Part shown: positions 1 to 9,523 of the stretch, piece by piece
Numbering within the stretch: position 1 is the stretch's first letter
How the letters are laid out: each line of letters opens with the position of its first letter
NCBI GenBank assembly: GCA_036339465.1
Contig: JAYZAY010000012.1
Coordinates: forward strand, 1 to 44,673
DNA: 44,673 nucleotides
Direction of reading: 5' to 3'
From: Myxococcota bacterium
GTDB taxonomy: Bacteria > Myxococcota > XYA12-FULL-58-9 > JABJBS01
Program-made: the position numbers and the translations under genes
The notes under the pieces: generated by a model
The model's input: only the letters and a program-made list of their open reading frames with translations
Told to the model about the DNA's origin: nothing
Database searches by the model: none

Positions 1-87
1 CAGGGAACACCAATTCAGGCACCAATAATTCAGGAAACACCAATCCAGGCACCAATAATTCAGGAAACACCAATCCAGGCACCACCA
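1..87 (+). repeat. 30-bp coding tandem repeat, ~2.9 copies, truncated by the window edge
   Basis: The unit caggaaacaccaatccaggcaccaataatt occurs at 1-30 (2 mismatches), 31-60 and partially from 61. It encodes SGNTNPGTNN. Confidence 0.9.
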
Positions 88-1070
88 ATCAACCCGATTG
101 CAATGAGCCTTTCGCGGGGCAAACATACGGGACATATTCCGTAGACGATCAGTACGGACCCATTTACTCCGTATACTCTGTGGCTCAAACCGCAGGTGGT
201 GGGTATGACGTACTCATTATGCAAGGCATTACCAATTCAGGTGCACCCACTACAGCAGGTACTTTCAACCTCGCATCAACTGCGGGATTTGCCACCATCG
301 CATTTACCGGTTGCTCCGACCACCAAGAATTTCCAGACAGCTGTGCCAATGCATACATGGCAAACGGTGGAACCCTCACCGCGACTGCGCTCACAGCCGA
401 AATCGGTGGAACTTTCGCCGGTAACCTAAGTGCCGTAACCATGGTGCCAAATGCTCAGCTTCCCGTAAGTGGCACTGGAACTTATTGCTTCAGTAGCTTT
501 AGCTTCAACGTGACGTTCGAAGATCCAGATGCAGCAGCTCAAGGCGGCGGTGCACCTGGCGGGGAAGGTGCAAGCATCGGCGAAGTTATGGAAGGTGAAT
601 TTACCCTCAAAAATTGTAACGGCCAGGACGTTCAAGTCCACGCTGCTAAGGGAAACACCGAGGCGCTTTGGCTGACCTACGTAGCAGAGTGGTGCCCAAA
701 CTGCCCCGCCGCAGTTAGCCAAATGTACCAAGCAACCAGTGGCGTAGCCACCAGCGAAGTTGAGGCTTATGTGGTCATCGGTGAATCTCAGCAGCAGCAA
801 CAGCCAGCGACCCAAGAGAGCTGTGCTCGTTTCCAAAGCAAGATGGGCACCACCCAACTCGATATGAACAGAGTTCTTATCGACGGAAACTACAACCTTC
901 TATTCTCTAAATTAAACCCATACTTTCAACAACAAGGTGATCAGTATGCTTGGGGCGTTCCATTTGAAGCGGTTCTCGACGGAAACGACTTCACATACAC
1001 ATTCGCAAGCCAAGCACCTACCAATACTTACCAGTCAGGCGCCGTTGCAGTAAACGCACTCCGACAGTAA
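3..1070 (+). CDS. Partial (5'-truncated) protein with a Gly/Asn/Thr-rich repeat linker and a C-terminal redoxin/thioredoxin-like domain
   Basis: The frame of ORF 180..1070 is open back to position 3 (GNTNSGTNNSGNTNPG...). The C-terminal part has FTLKNCNGQDV...LTYVAEWCPNCP, a WCxxC redoxin motif, and GVP near the end. Confidence 0.75.
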   Translation, partial: GNTNSGTNNSGNTNPGTNNSGNTNPGTTNQPDCNEPFAGQTYGTYSVDDQYGPIYSVYSVAQTAGGGYDVLIMQGITNSGAPTTAGTFNLASTAGFATIAFTGCSDHQEFPDSCANAYMANGGTLTATALTAEIGGTFAGNLSAVTMVPNAQLPVSGTGTYCFSSFSFNVTFEDPDAAAQGGGAPGGEGASIGEVMEGEFTLKNCNGQDVQVHAAKGNTEALWLTYVAEWCPNCPAAVSQMYQATSGVATSEVEAYVVIGESQQQQQPATQESCARFQSKMGTTQLDMNRVLIDGNYNLLFSKLNPYFQQQGDQYAWGVPFEAVLDGNDFTYTFASQAPTNTYQSGAVAVNALRQ

Positions 1071-1094
1071 TTTCCCTTGATTGCTGTTGGGGCA

Positions 1095-1140
1095 CGACAA
1101 CAGGTGGCCTTTCTGCCTGTTGTCGCATCCGGGCCCTTTC
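1095..1140 (+). terminator. Hairpin downstream of the redoxin gene, possible terminator
   Basis: A perfect 10-bp inverted repeat, cgacaacagg (1095-1104) / cctgttgtcg (1116-1125), lies 25 nt after the stop. The U-tail is weak. Confidence 0.5.
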
Positions 1141-1434
1141 AATTTAGAATAATATTAATATTAATATGAATAACTTCATTCCTACCTAAGTTTGTCTCAA
1201 TTTAAATAAGATCAGTGATGCAATAAGCCCCTCGTTAAGAGGCGGCAGGGATTTTCTAATCCCAATCGAATTAACGAATTTCGGTGTTTACCCCAATGCT
1301 TTAAACCATCGGTACCCGCACCGATCTACCCCAAACAACGCCCATACCCCTCCGGGTTACAGAGTCATTCACACGAATACTTTTGATTTTACTCCCCGTG
1401 TTGCTACCGTGAAAGCAACAGTCGAGGTATCAAA

Positions 1435-2214
1435 GTGAAAACAGAAACACCCGTTCTTTATGAACCCACTGGGGCAATTGTCCGCATCTCGATTCATCGT
1501 CCCTATAGAAAAAATGCCGTAGACGGTCCCACCGCAGCGGCCCTCTACGACGCATTTAGACACTTCGAAATGGACCGCACCCTCAAAGTCGCGATCTTGG
1601 CCGGCTCCGGGGACTCTTTCTGCAGCGGAGCCGACCTCAAAGCCATCGACAAATCCAACCATAATCCCCTCCATTTGTTCGAATCCGCCCAAGGTGAGAT
1701 GAGCCCCATGGGGCCCACCCGAATGAATTTCAAGAAACCCATCATCGCAGCAATTCAGGGATACGCCGTGGCCGGCGGGCTCGAATTGGCGCTCATGTGC
1801 GACCTGCGAGTCGCCGATGAAAACGCCAAATTTGGTGTTTTTTGCCGTCGTTGGGGCGTGCCACTCATCGATGGAGGCACAGTCCGCCTTCCTCGCCTCA
1901 TCGGCATGAGTCGCGCTCTGGATATGATTTTGACGGGTCGAGAAGTTTCCGCACAAGAAGCCAAGGAGATAGGCCTGATCAACTACCTAACGCCAGCGGG
2001 TGATGCCCTCTTGAAAGCCGAAGCCATTGCCCAAGAGCTTATCAAAGTGCCTCAAAATTGCCTCCTTCATGACCGCCAATCCGTCTACGAACAATCAGGA
2101 CTCTCCTTCAACCAAGCCCTGAAAAATGAATTTGAGTTGGGGCTAAAAACATTGGAAACGGGCGAACCGGGCAAAGGCGCCACGACCTACAACCTTCTCC
2201 GGCAAAAATCGTAG
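1435..2214 (+). CDS. Enoyl-CoA hydratase/isomerase (crotonase) family protein
   Basis: Motifs FCSGADLK, KPIIAAIQGYAVAGGLELALMCDLRVA and GVPLIDGGTVRLPRLIG. GAGG RBS before the GTG start. Confidence 0.95.
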   Translation: MKTETPVLYEPTGAIVRISIHRPYRKNAVDGPTAAALYDAFRHFEMDRTLKVAILAGSGDSFCSGADLKAIDKSNHNPLHLFESAQGEMSPMGPTRMNFKKPIIAAIQGYAVAGGLELALMCDLRVADENAKFGVFCRRWGVPLIDGGTVRLPRLIGMSRALDMILTGREVSAQEAKEIGLINYLTPAGDALLKAEAIAQELIKVPQNCLLHDRQSVYEQSGLSFNQALKNEFELGLKTLETGEPGKGATTYNLLRQKS

Positions 2215-2395
2215 GTAAATGCCAATCAACACGCCCGTTCTAAGCCAAATTTTCATAACTAAAATCGATACTTCCATTGGCGTTTTCAAAAAACCGTCGA
2301 AGTTCTGGTTGGAATTTAACATCCGGAGAAAAATCGGGTTAGGATAGATGTAGAACGCACCACGTATGGGGGTTGTACGTGCAACTGAGACTTCA

Positions 2396-5300
2396 ATGAT
2401 GATGAACAAGAAGCACTCACTCATAACCATGTGGTTCACGGTAAGCCTCAGCACGGGATGTCTTGAGCTTTTGGAGCTAGATGAAAGGGGTATCGATCCA
2501 CTCTCTTCCCCAGAAACTTCCACCGAAGACAATGCCCTATGTGGGAACGGTCAACTCGATGACGGAGAGTACTGTGATGGGAATTGTCCGACCTCCTGTG
2601 ACGATTCCAACCCTTGTACCGCCGATAAATTGGTGGGTCATGGGGAATCCTGTGATGCTCGGTGCAGCTATACCATCCTTGAGACCTGCACCGATGGTGA
2701 TGGCTGTTGCCCCGTGGGCTGCACCCATACCAACGACAACGAATGTTCACCTGCCTGCGGAAATGGGGAAATTGATGCCCCTGAAGAATGTGACAATGGA
2801 ACCAACAACTCAGACACCATCGCCAATGCCTGCCGCTCCAATTGTAAACAAGCTTTCTGTGGCGATGGCACCGTAGACTCTGGAGAAGAGTGCGACAACG
2901 GGCCGGGCAATGACGATGGTCTCACTTTCGGATGCAACACCGCGTGTCGGGTTATCGAGAACCCCAACACCAATGAAACCAACAACCCCAACACCGGTGA
3001 AACAGACACTTCCGGAGGGTCACAAACAGCCGACGACCCTTCCACCGACCCCAGCGATCCTGCTCTTTGTGGAGATGGTGTACAACAAGAGAATGAAGCA
3101 TGCGACGATGGCAATAAAATAACCGAAACCCTATGTCCCTACGGTACTCCCACTTGTCATTTTTGTCGTAATGATTGCCAAGAGGTCCTCTCACTTCAAG
3201 GGCCCTATTGTGGAGATGCCTTAACCACCGATGGCGAAATCTGTGATGACGGAAACAACACCCTCGAAACCGCATGCTCCTATGGAGCACCAACATGCAC
3301 CCATTGCAACGCTACCTGCAATGAAATTCTCAATTTGACAGGAAAGTATTGTGGAGACAATCTGAAAAATGGGAGCGAAATATGTGACGATGGAAACACA
3401 ACAACCGAAAAAGCCTGCGCCTACGGAACACCCAGTTGTCTCCTCTGTAATAAGGATTGCTCTGAAAACCTGAATTTATTGGGGCCCTTTTGTGGGGACA
3501 ACTCTACCACCGATGGAGAAATTTGCGACGATGGTAATTCCGTATCGGAAAATTCTTGTCCCTACGGCAGCCCTACTTGCGCACTCTGCAACAACAATTG
3601 TTCTGCCATACTTAACCTAACCGGACAGTATTGCGGAGATGGTTTCCTTTCCAATGGTGAAAAATGCGACGACGGCAATTCCGTCACCGAAACTGCGTGT
3701 GCATACGATACAACCAATTGTGTCAAGTGCAATGATTCGTGTTCAACCGTTCTCAGTCTTACTGGTCCTTATTGTGGTGACAAAAACAAGGACCCAAATG
3801 AGTTTTGCGACGATGGTTTTAACGATACATGTGGCACCTGCAACGAAAACTGCACAGCAGCCGGAAGTGGCGCATCTTGTGGAGATGGAATCACTTGCCC
3901 TGAATTTGAAATTTGCGATGACCAAAATACGATTAATGGAGACAACTGCAGTTCCGACTGTCAAATTTCTTTGTGCGGCGATGGGCTTTTCAACCAAAGA
4001 CTTTTGGACGTGGATTCCCTCACGTTTAGTTGGGTATCTGTGAATTGCTCTGGCACGGGGTCTGAAGCGGTCATGGATATAAACAATACAGAATTTGTTC
4101 GTCACACCAATGGCTCATCTTGTACCTGTAGTAATCCCCCCCAATCTGTTACCGTCCATTCAAAAGAACTTCTCATGACCCTTCTCGATGGAGAGAATAC
4201 CTTCTCCTATCGCAATGAACCATCATCAAAAAACTATATGTATTGGGCCAAGGTTCGGATCGATAATACTGGTGAGGAAATCATCATCCATGAACAAAAA
4301 TCAAACATCGCCACCGCAAACACACCCCTACCATGTGGAACCATTCCCGGCGCGTGGTCCAAAGCCCAGCAAACGACGTCGGCCCCAACATTCTACGGCC
4401 CAGAAGCCTGTGATGATGGCAATCAGACAGAGGGAGATGGCTGCGACACTAATTGTACGATCTCTGCTTGTGGCAATAACATCAAGGCCGGCTCTGAAGA
4501 ATGCGACCACGGTGGGGAATCACTTATCTGTAACGCCAATTGCACAGAGCATGAATGTGGAGACGGCCACCACAATGCAACTGCTGACGAAGAATGCGAT
4601 GACCAAAACAATGATGCAAATGATGGCTGTACGGCAACTTGTAAACTAGAATACTGCGGCGATAGCATAATCCAGACAGCTCTGGGCGAACAATGTGATG
4701 ACGGTAACCAACTATCTGGAGATGGTTGTTCATTTGGGTGTCAGAATGAAATTTGTGGGGATGGTGAGATCCAAATCAGCACAGGCGAGCAATGTGATGA
4801 TGGGAACACAAAATCCCAGGATGGATGTTCCAACAGCTGCACAAATGAATGTGGTGATGGAACCATATCCACCCATGGGGGACCACCAAATACCGTTACG
4901 CTTGAGTGGCTCGGATCGACCCTAGAGGGTTGTGATGCGCAACTGAGCCTCTATTTAAACGACGAAAAAGTTGAAGATATTGCCGTTGGTGGACCCAATT
5001 TTTGTAATCTTCCGGCCAGCACTTACCAAATAGAATCACCAAAAATCCTTGCCGCTCTCGATGCTGGCTCCCACAACCTAACCCTCTACGCCCACAGCTC
5101 GAATTGTTTTTTCCTGACCTGGGCACAACTACGGGTGGGAGAATCCCGCGTGATTCATCTCTTTGACCCATTTAATCATGACGATACCATCTCAAACTGC
5201 TCCTCCAACTACGTTGTCGCTCCGAGCCTCTCGGCCTCAGTAAGTTTTTATGGTGAAAGTTGTGACGACGAAAACACTCTTTCCGGCGATGGATGTTCAG

Positions 5301-6727
5301 CTGAATGTGAGAAAGAAGAGTGCGGTAATGGGAGAGTTGACTTTGGCGAATCCTGTGATGATGGGAACAATACCGCAGGAGACGGTTGCTCTTCGACCTG
5401 CCAACCTGAAAATTGCGGTAACAACACACTGGACATCGGCGAAGAATGCGATGACGCCGGTACCATCTCCGGTGATGGTTGCTCTGCGACCTGCTTAATT
5501 GAAGCATGTGGAAATGCTCGAACGGATTCAGGAGAGCAGTGTGACGATGGTAATAACATATCTGGTGATGGTTGCTCCACAGTTTGCCAAACCGAGGTTT
5601 GCGGAAACGGTTTTCAAGACGTGGGAGAAAGTTGCGATGATGGTGGGACGACCGCTGGAGATGGTTGCTCGGAAAAATGCGAAACCGAAAATTGCAGCAT
5701 ATTAATGGACAGTGATGGAGATGGTCTCGATGACTGCGCTGAAACCAACACAGGCCTATTTCTCTCCGAAAGCTCGACCGGCTCTGATCCCACAGTCAGC
5801 GACTCCGACGGCGATGGTATCTCTGACGGTGATGAGGTGCTCGGTACCTCTGGCGGACTCAATCTCCGAGGCATGGGAGCCAACCCCAACCATAAAGATA
5901 TTTTCCTAGAAATTGACTGGGTTAATAACGACAGCAATTCGGATTGTGGGCAAGCCGAACTTAACCCAAACCCAGAGGGCATTCAGGATTTGATCAAGGC
6001 CTTTGCAGAGGCTCCGATCAGCAACCGGGACGGAATCAACGGCCTTACCCTACACGTCGATTACGGACAAGGAAACGGATTTACTGGGGGTAATCTCATT
6101 GATGGAAGCGATTCCTATCTGAATGGTGAATTAGAGGGTGAATTTAGCAGCCATAAAGTCGACAATTTTGCCTCCAACCGCCAGGGGTATTTTCACTATG
6201 CCATCCAAGCCAATGCTCACGGAGATTCTGGTTCGGGCGGATTGGCCTACCTCCCTGGGTTTGACTTGATCATCACCCAAGGTTGCCCATCGAGAAAGGA
6301 TGCCTATACCTTCATGCACGAACTAGGACACAACCTAGGCCTCCGACATGGTGGCAATGAAGACTGTAATTATAAGCCCAACTATAACTCGGTCATGAAT
6401 TACCTCTATCAAGCGGGTACCTTTGTAGAATGTGACCGCAAGTTTCAAACTGAGCTCACCTATAGCCCAGGAAGCAATACCCAACTCAATGAGAATGCAC
6501 TCGACGAAAATACAGGAATTTGTGACAATGCAAAAATTGATTGGAACGCAGATGGAAACTACTCAACCATAGCGCACAATATTAACAGTCAAGAGGCTCA
6601 TCAAGAAGCCAATTGCGGAGGCACTCTAACGCTTCTCAATGACTTCGACGATTGGGCCAATATTCATCTTTTGGGCCCCTCAGATCATCAGAGCTGGGTC
6701 ATCAATAGGGAAGTCATCGTCGATTAG
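2396..6727 (+). CDS. Giant lipoprotein with Myxococcus Cys-rich (DUF4215-type) repeats and a C-terminal metzincin-type zinc metalloprotease domain
   Basis: Signal/lipobox-like MNKKHSLITMWFTVSLSTGC, then many CG[DN]G..E.CDDGN..GDGC repeats and DSDGDG Ca-binding motifs. HELGHNLGLRH zinc motif at 6317 with an SVMNY Met-turn. The ORF is open from 2366; ATG 2396 is preferred. Confidence 0.88.
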   Translation: MMMNKKHSLITMWFTVSLSTGCLELLELDERGIDPLSSPETSTEDNALCGNGQLDDGEYCDGNCPTSCDDSNPCTADKLVGHGESCDARCSYTILETCTDGDGCCPVGCTHTNDNECSPACGNGEIDAPEECDNGTNNSDTIANACRSNCKQAFCGDGTVDSGEECDNGPGNDDGLTFGCNTACRVIENPNTNETNNPNTGETDTSGGSQTADDPSTDPSDPALCGDGVQQENEACDDGNKITETLCPYGTPTCHFCRNDCQEVLSLQGPYCGDALTTDGEICDDGNNTLETACSYGAPTCTHCNATCNEILNLTGKYCGDNLKNGSEICDDGNTTTEKACAYGTPSCLLCNKDCSENLNLLGPFCGDNSTTDGEICDDGNSVSENSCPYGSPTCALCNNNCSAILNLTGQYCGDGFLSNGEKCDDGNSVTETACAYDTTNCVKCNDSCSTVLSLTGPYCGDKNKDPNEFCDDGFNDTCGTCNENCTAAGSGASCGDGITCPEFEICDDQNTINGDNCSSDCQISLCGDGLFNQRLLDVDSLTFSWVSVNCSGTGSEAVMDINNTEFVRHTNGSSCTCSNPPQSVTVHSKELLMTLLDGENTFSYRNEPSSKNYMYWAKVRIDNTGEEIIIHEQKSNIATANTPLPCGTIPGAWSKAQQTTSAPTFYGPEACDDGNQTEGDGCDTNCTISACGNNIKAGSEECDHGGESLICNANCTEHECGDGHHNATADEECDDQNNDANDGCTATCKLEYCGDSIIQTALGEQCDDGNQLSGDGCSFGCQNEICGDGEIQISTGEQCDDGNTKSQDGCSNSCTNECGDGTISTHGGPPNTVTLEWLGSTLEGCDAQLSLYLNDEKVEDIAVGGPNFCNLPASTYQIESPKILAALDAGSHNLTLYAHSSNCFFLTWAQLRVGESRVIHLFDPFNHDDTISNCSSNYVVAPSLSASVSFYGESCDDENTLSGDGCSAECEKEECGNGRVDFGESCDDGNNTAGDGCSSTCQPENCGNNTLDIGEECDDAGTISGDGCSATCLIEACGNARTDSGEQCDDGNNISGDGCSTVCQTEVCGNGFQDVGESCDDGGTTAGDGCSEKCETENCSILMDSDGDGLDDCAETNTGLFLSESSTGSDPTVSDSDGDGISDGDEVLGTSGGLNLRGMGANPNHKDIFLEIDWVNNDSNSDCGQAELNPNPEGIQDLIKAFAEAPISNRDGINGLTLHVDYGQGNGFTGGNLIDGSDSYLNGELEGEFSSHKVDNFASNRQGYFHYAIQANAHGDSGSGGLAYLPGFDLIITQGCPSRKDAYTFMHELGHNLGLRHGGNEDCNYKPNYNSVMNYLYQAGTFVECDRKFQTELTYSPGSNTQLNENALDENTGICDNAKIDWNADGNYSTIAHNINSQEAHQEANCGGTLTLLNDFDDWANIHLLGPSDHQSWVINREVIVD
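3068..3772 (+). repeat. Five 141-bp (47-aa) coding repeats inside the giant protein
   Basis: Units start at 3068, 3209, 3350, 3491 and 3632. Consensus CGD.....E.CDDGN...E..C.YG...C..CN..C...L.L.G.Y. Confidence 0.9.
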
Positions 6728-6735
6728 AAACCCAG

Positions 6736-7839
6736 TTATCGACCTACAATTTGATAGATAAAACCATCGAAACAAAGAACGTAGAGTTCTCCTTCGCTGT
6801 CTTCAGCGAAAGACGCAATGTTTCTCCTTTGACGTTTCAGGACCACTTTTTGATAGATTCCCGATCGACCACTCTTGAGACCCCAGATGGTGCCTTGCAC
6901 AAAGTCGGCAAAGAAATAGACCCCCTCTAATCCATGAAGCAATTTACCCCGGTAAACATAGCCTCCGGTAATCGATTGACCTTCTCTGTGCTCGTATTCA
7001 ATCACCGGATCGACCCAATCATGGGGTAAAGAAGGCTTGGCTTTAAAGTTGTGTTTACCTTCACGTCTATTCCAACCATAGTTGCCACCTTTCTTAATAA
7101 TATTAACCTCTTCATACTTTGCTTGCCCGACATCCCCCACCCAAAGAGCGCCCCTAACTCGATCGAAACTCATTCGCCACGGATTTCTCAACCCATAAGC
7201 CCAAATCTCTGGTCTAGAACCTTGTCGTCCTATAAAAGGATTCGATTTTGGAATAGCATAGGAACCACTTTTTGAAACATCGATCCTGATAATCGTTCCT
7301 AAAATTGTGGCCAAATTCTGACCATGCCCTTTGGGGTCGCCCCCAGATCCTCCATCACCCAATCCTAAATAGAGAAATCCGTCTGGCCCGAATAAAACGG
7401 TTCCTCCATTGTGATTTCCATAGGGCTGCTTAACCCGAAGCAATTCCTGCATTGGTCTTAAAGGTTTCCATGCCCCCGCTTTCGTTCTCACTAACTTCAC
7501 TTCACTCAATAGGGAGCGCCGGGGAAACGAAGCAGAATAATAAAGAAAAAGACGACCGTCCGAAATAAAACGAGGGGAGAGAGCCATACTTAATAGGCCC
7601 TCTTCATTGTGATTTCGAGAAACCTCCGCCCCTAACTTCATCACGAGAGACGCCTTACCCCTACCCACATGAAATATTTCGCCGCCTTGCTGCGCCACAA
7701 AGAATTCACCTCGATAGCCAATCACCGGAATCATTGCGATAGGCCGATCGAAGCGCTTTGAAAAGACCCGCTCTAATTCAATCTCCGAATTTTGAGCACT
7801 CAAACTGACCAAGGCACTCGCAACCATCAACAACACCAT
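6736..7839 (-). CDS. PQQ-dependent sugar dehydrogenase (glucose/sorbosone dehydrogenase family), secreted
   Basis: Motifs EEGLLSMALSP, NHNGGTVLFGPDGFLYLGLGDGG, IWAYGLRNPWRMSFD, DVGQ..YEE and SITGGYVYRG. Signal peptide and GAGG RBS. Confidence 0.93.
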   Translation of the reverse strand: MVLLMVASALVSLSAQNSEIELERVFSKRFDRPIAMIPVIGYRGEFFVAQQGGEIFHVGRGKASLVMKLGAEVSRNHNEEGLLSMALSPRFISDGRLFLYYSASFPRRSLLSEVKLVRTKAGAWKPLRPMQELLRVKQPYGNHNGGTVLFGPDGFLYLGLGDGGSGGDPKGHGQNLATILGTIIRIDVSKSGSYAIPKSNPFIGRQGSRPEIWAYGLRNPWRMSFDRVRGALWVGDVGQAKYEEVNIIKKGGNYGWNRREGKHNFKAKPSLPHDWVDPVIEYEHREGQSITGGYVYRGKLLHGLEGVYFFADFVQGTIWGLKSGRSGIYQKVVLKRQRRNIASFAEDSEGELYVLCFDGFIYQIVGR

Positions 7840-8488
7840 CTACCACCTCACAGTACAATACAGAGCCAGTGCACCTATGTATCTAAAATCATTTTCCCGC
7901 ATCCCGTCACCACCTTCGATTTTGTTTCAATGGAATATGGGGTCCCAGCTTCGTTATCAAGCATCTACCAAAAAACTCATTTATAGCAAGAGTGCCCAAA
8001 ACCCATCTTACAATAATCCCACAATCGGACAGCCCTCATTGCCCCTAAATAGAAGATCGAGAAAATGTTTGGTGTATAGGAAAAGAGTAAATTCGTTTGT
8101 ATCACCTCCGAAGACCCACGCCACTTCTCAACCCATCAAATTTGTAGACCCCGTGTGAAAAAGTATTTGAATCGAGAACGGATAATGGGGTCTCGGAAGA
8201 AAAACAATTTACACTGAAGTATTGGGTCAGGTTACTCAACTGGTAATCAAGGCAAAGAACAACTCGTGATGAAAACCAAAATTCGTCCTCAACAGACGGC
8301 AGCATATTCCAACCCACAAATTGCTCTGTCCTTTCAACTTCTTCGAAAAGTGGACCAGCGATAATATTGGTTCGAAACCAAAACCAAAATTTCATTTCTG
8401 CCCAAATTATTTTTTCCAAGTCCCTTGCCAAAAAACACGAAATTTAGCAGCTAACTAAGCACGGGAAAAAACTTATAGGAGTTCAGGT

Positions 8489-9478
8489 ATTTTAAGCAGA
8501 GCAAAATATCTCATTGTCATTGTCATTGCCATCGTCCTCGGATTCTCTTGTGCCACATCCACTCCCAACCAGAATGTGCCGCCGTGGATCCGGATCCGGG
8601 TTGAAAGCTCCCCCATCGAGTGGCCCAACGGCTCAAAATGGCTAAGTCCAAAACTGGAATTCATCGCTGCGCGACACCTTCAGAGTGCAGATGCGAGATT
8701 TGTTGAACTCTCAGGACTTGACTGGGACCCAAGAAAGGGTGCTTTCCTCGCGGTCAGTGATCGTGGCTATCGCCTGCAACTCACACCGAAGTTCGATCCC
8801 CATGGAATGCTCTTGGGTATCGAGCCTGAAGTTCTGGTTGCGTCTCTGCCCGCTCCTTCATTCCTTGGACAGTTTTTCTCAAGGGCACCTGACACCGAAG
8901 GCGTTACCATCGATCCGACCCATGGGCGCTATTGGATCTCCATTGAAGGAGAGCACCGGATAGAATTATATGATCAAAACTGGAATAGGGCAGGGACCCT
9001 TAACCCCCTGGACTCGAGACAGGCTCCAAAGAACGATGGTCTGGAGGCAATTACCAACCTTCGCGATGGTCGTATCCTCACCATCACTGAAAATTTCCGA
9101 GAGGCCGGTGGTATTGTTGGTTATGTTGGGACCGAGAATCAGTGGAATCGTTTCATCTACCCGTCTTTCCAAAACTTTCAACCAACCGGTCTGACCTGCT
9201 TAAACGACGGCGGCGTCGTTTTGCTAGAGCGTTTTTACAGCAAGAAAAAGGGTAATTTTGTAAGATTAGCAAGACTTTCCGCGGCCCATATCGAAAAAAA
9301 TCAATTCGCTAAATGGGAGGAAGTTGCGATTTTTGGCCCCCCCCTACCTCTTGATAACTTTGAAGGGATCGCCTCTATTCCAGGCAATCAAAACTATGAA
9401 GACATTTATTTAATCTCTGACGACAACGGGAACTCTTCGCAAAAAACACTTCTTTACCAATTTAGATATTGGTATTAA
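8489..9478 (+). CDS. Esterase-like activity of phytase family protein (beta-propeller), probable lipoprotein
   Basis: Motifs ELSGL, AVSDRG, DTEG, NDGLEAI, LLERFY, DNFEGI and ISDDN. The frame is open from 8459 and encodes a signal peptide ending LGFSC upstream of the tracked GTG 8576. The start is uncertain; ATT 8489 is proposed. Confidence 0.85.
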   Translation: MLSRAKYLIVIVIAIVLGFSCATSTPNQNVPPWIRIRVESSPIEWPNGSKWLSPKLEFIAARHLQSADARFVELSGLDWDPRKGAFLAVSDRGYRLQLTPKFDPHGMLLGIEPEVLVASLPAPSFLGQFFSRAPDTEGVTIDPTHGRYWISIEGEHRIELYDQNWNRAGTLNPLDSRQAPKNDGLEAITNLRDGRILTITENFREAGGIVGYVGTENQWNRFIYPSFQNFQPTGLTCLNDGGVVLLERFYSKKKGNFVRLARLSAAHIEKNQFAKWEEVAIFGPPLPLDNFEGIASIPGNQNYEDIYLISDDNGNSSQKTLLYQFRYWY

Positions 9479-9523
9479 GAAAACTCAATATCTAGTTCGC
9501 TTGCCTGCTTTACTCTTTTATCA

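Noticed and set aside
1146..1172. AT-rich (TAATAT)n palindromic stretch as a replication origin or operator
   Set aside because: It is low-complexity and self-complementary by composition. I saw no DnaA-box cluster, iterons or replication genes nearby.
1369..1956. Long antisense ORFs (1369..1956, 27152..27628, 29054..29674, 41691..42329 and similar)
   Set aside because: They are shadows of well-supported genes on the opposite strand and carry no motifs of their own.
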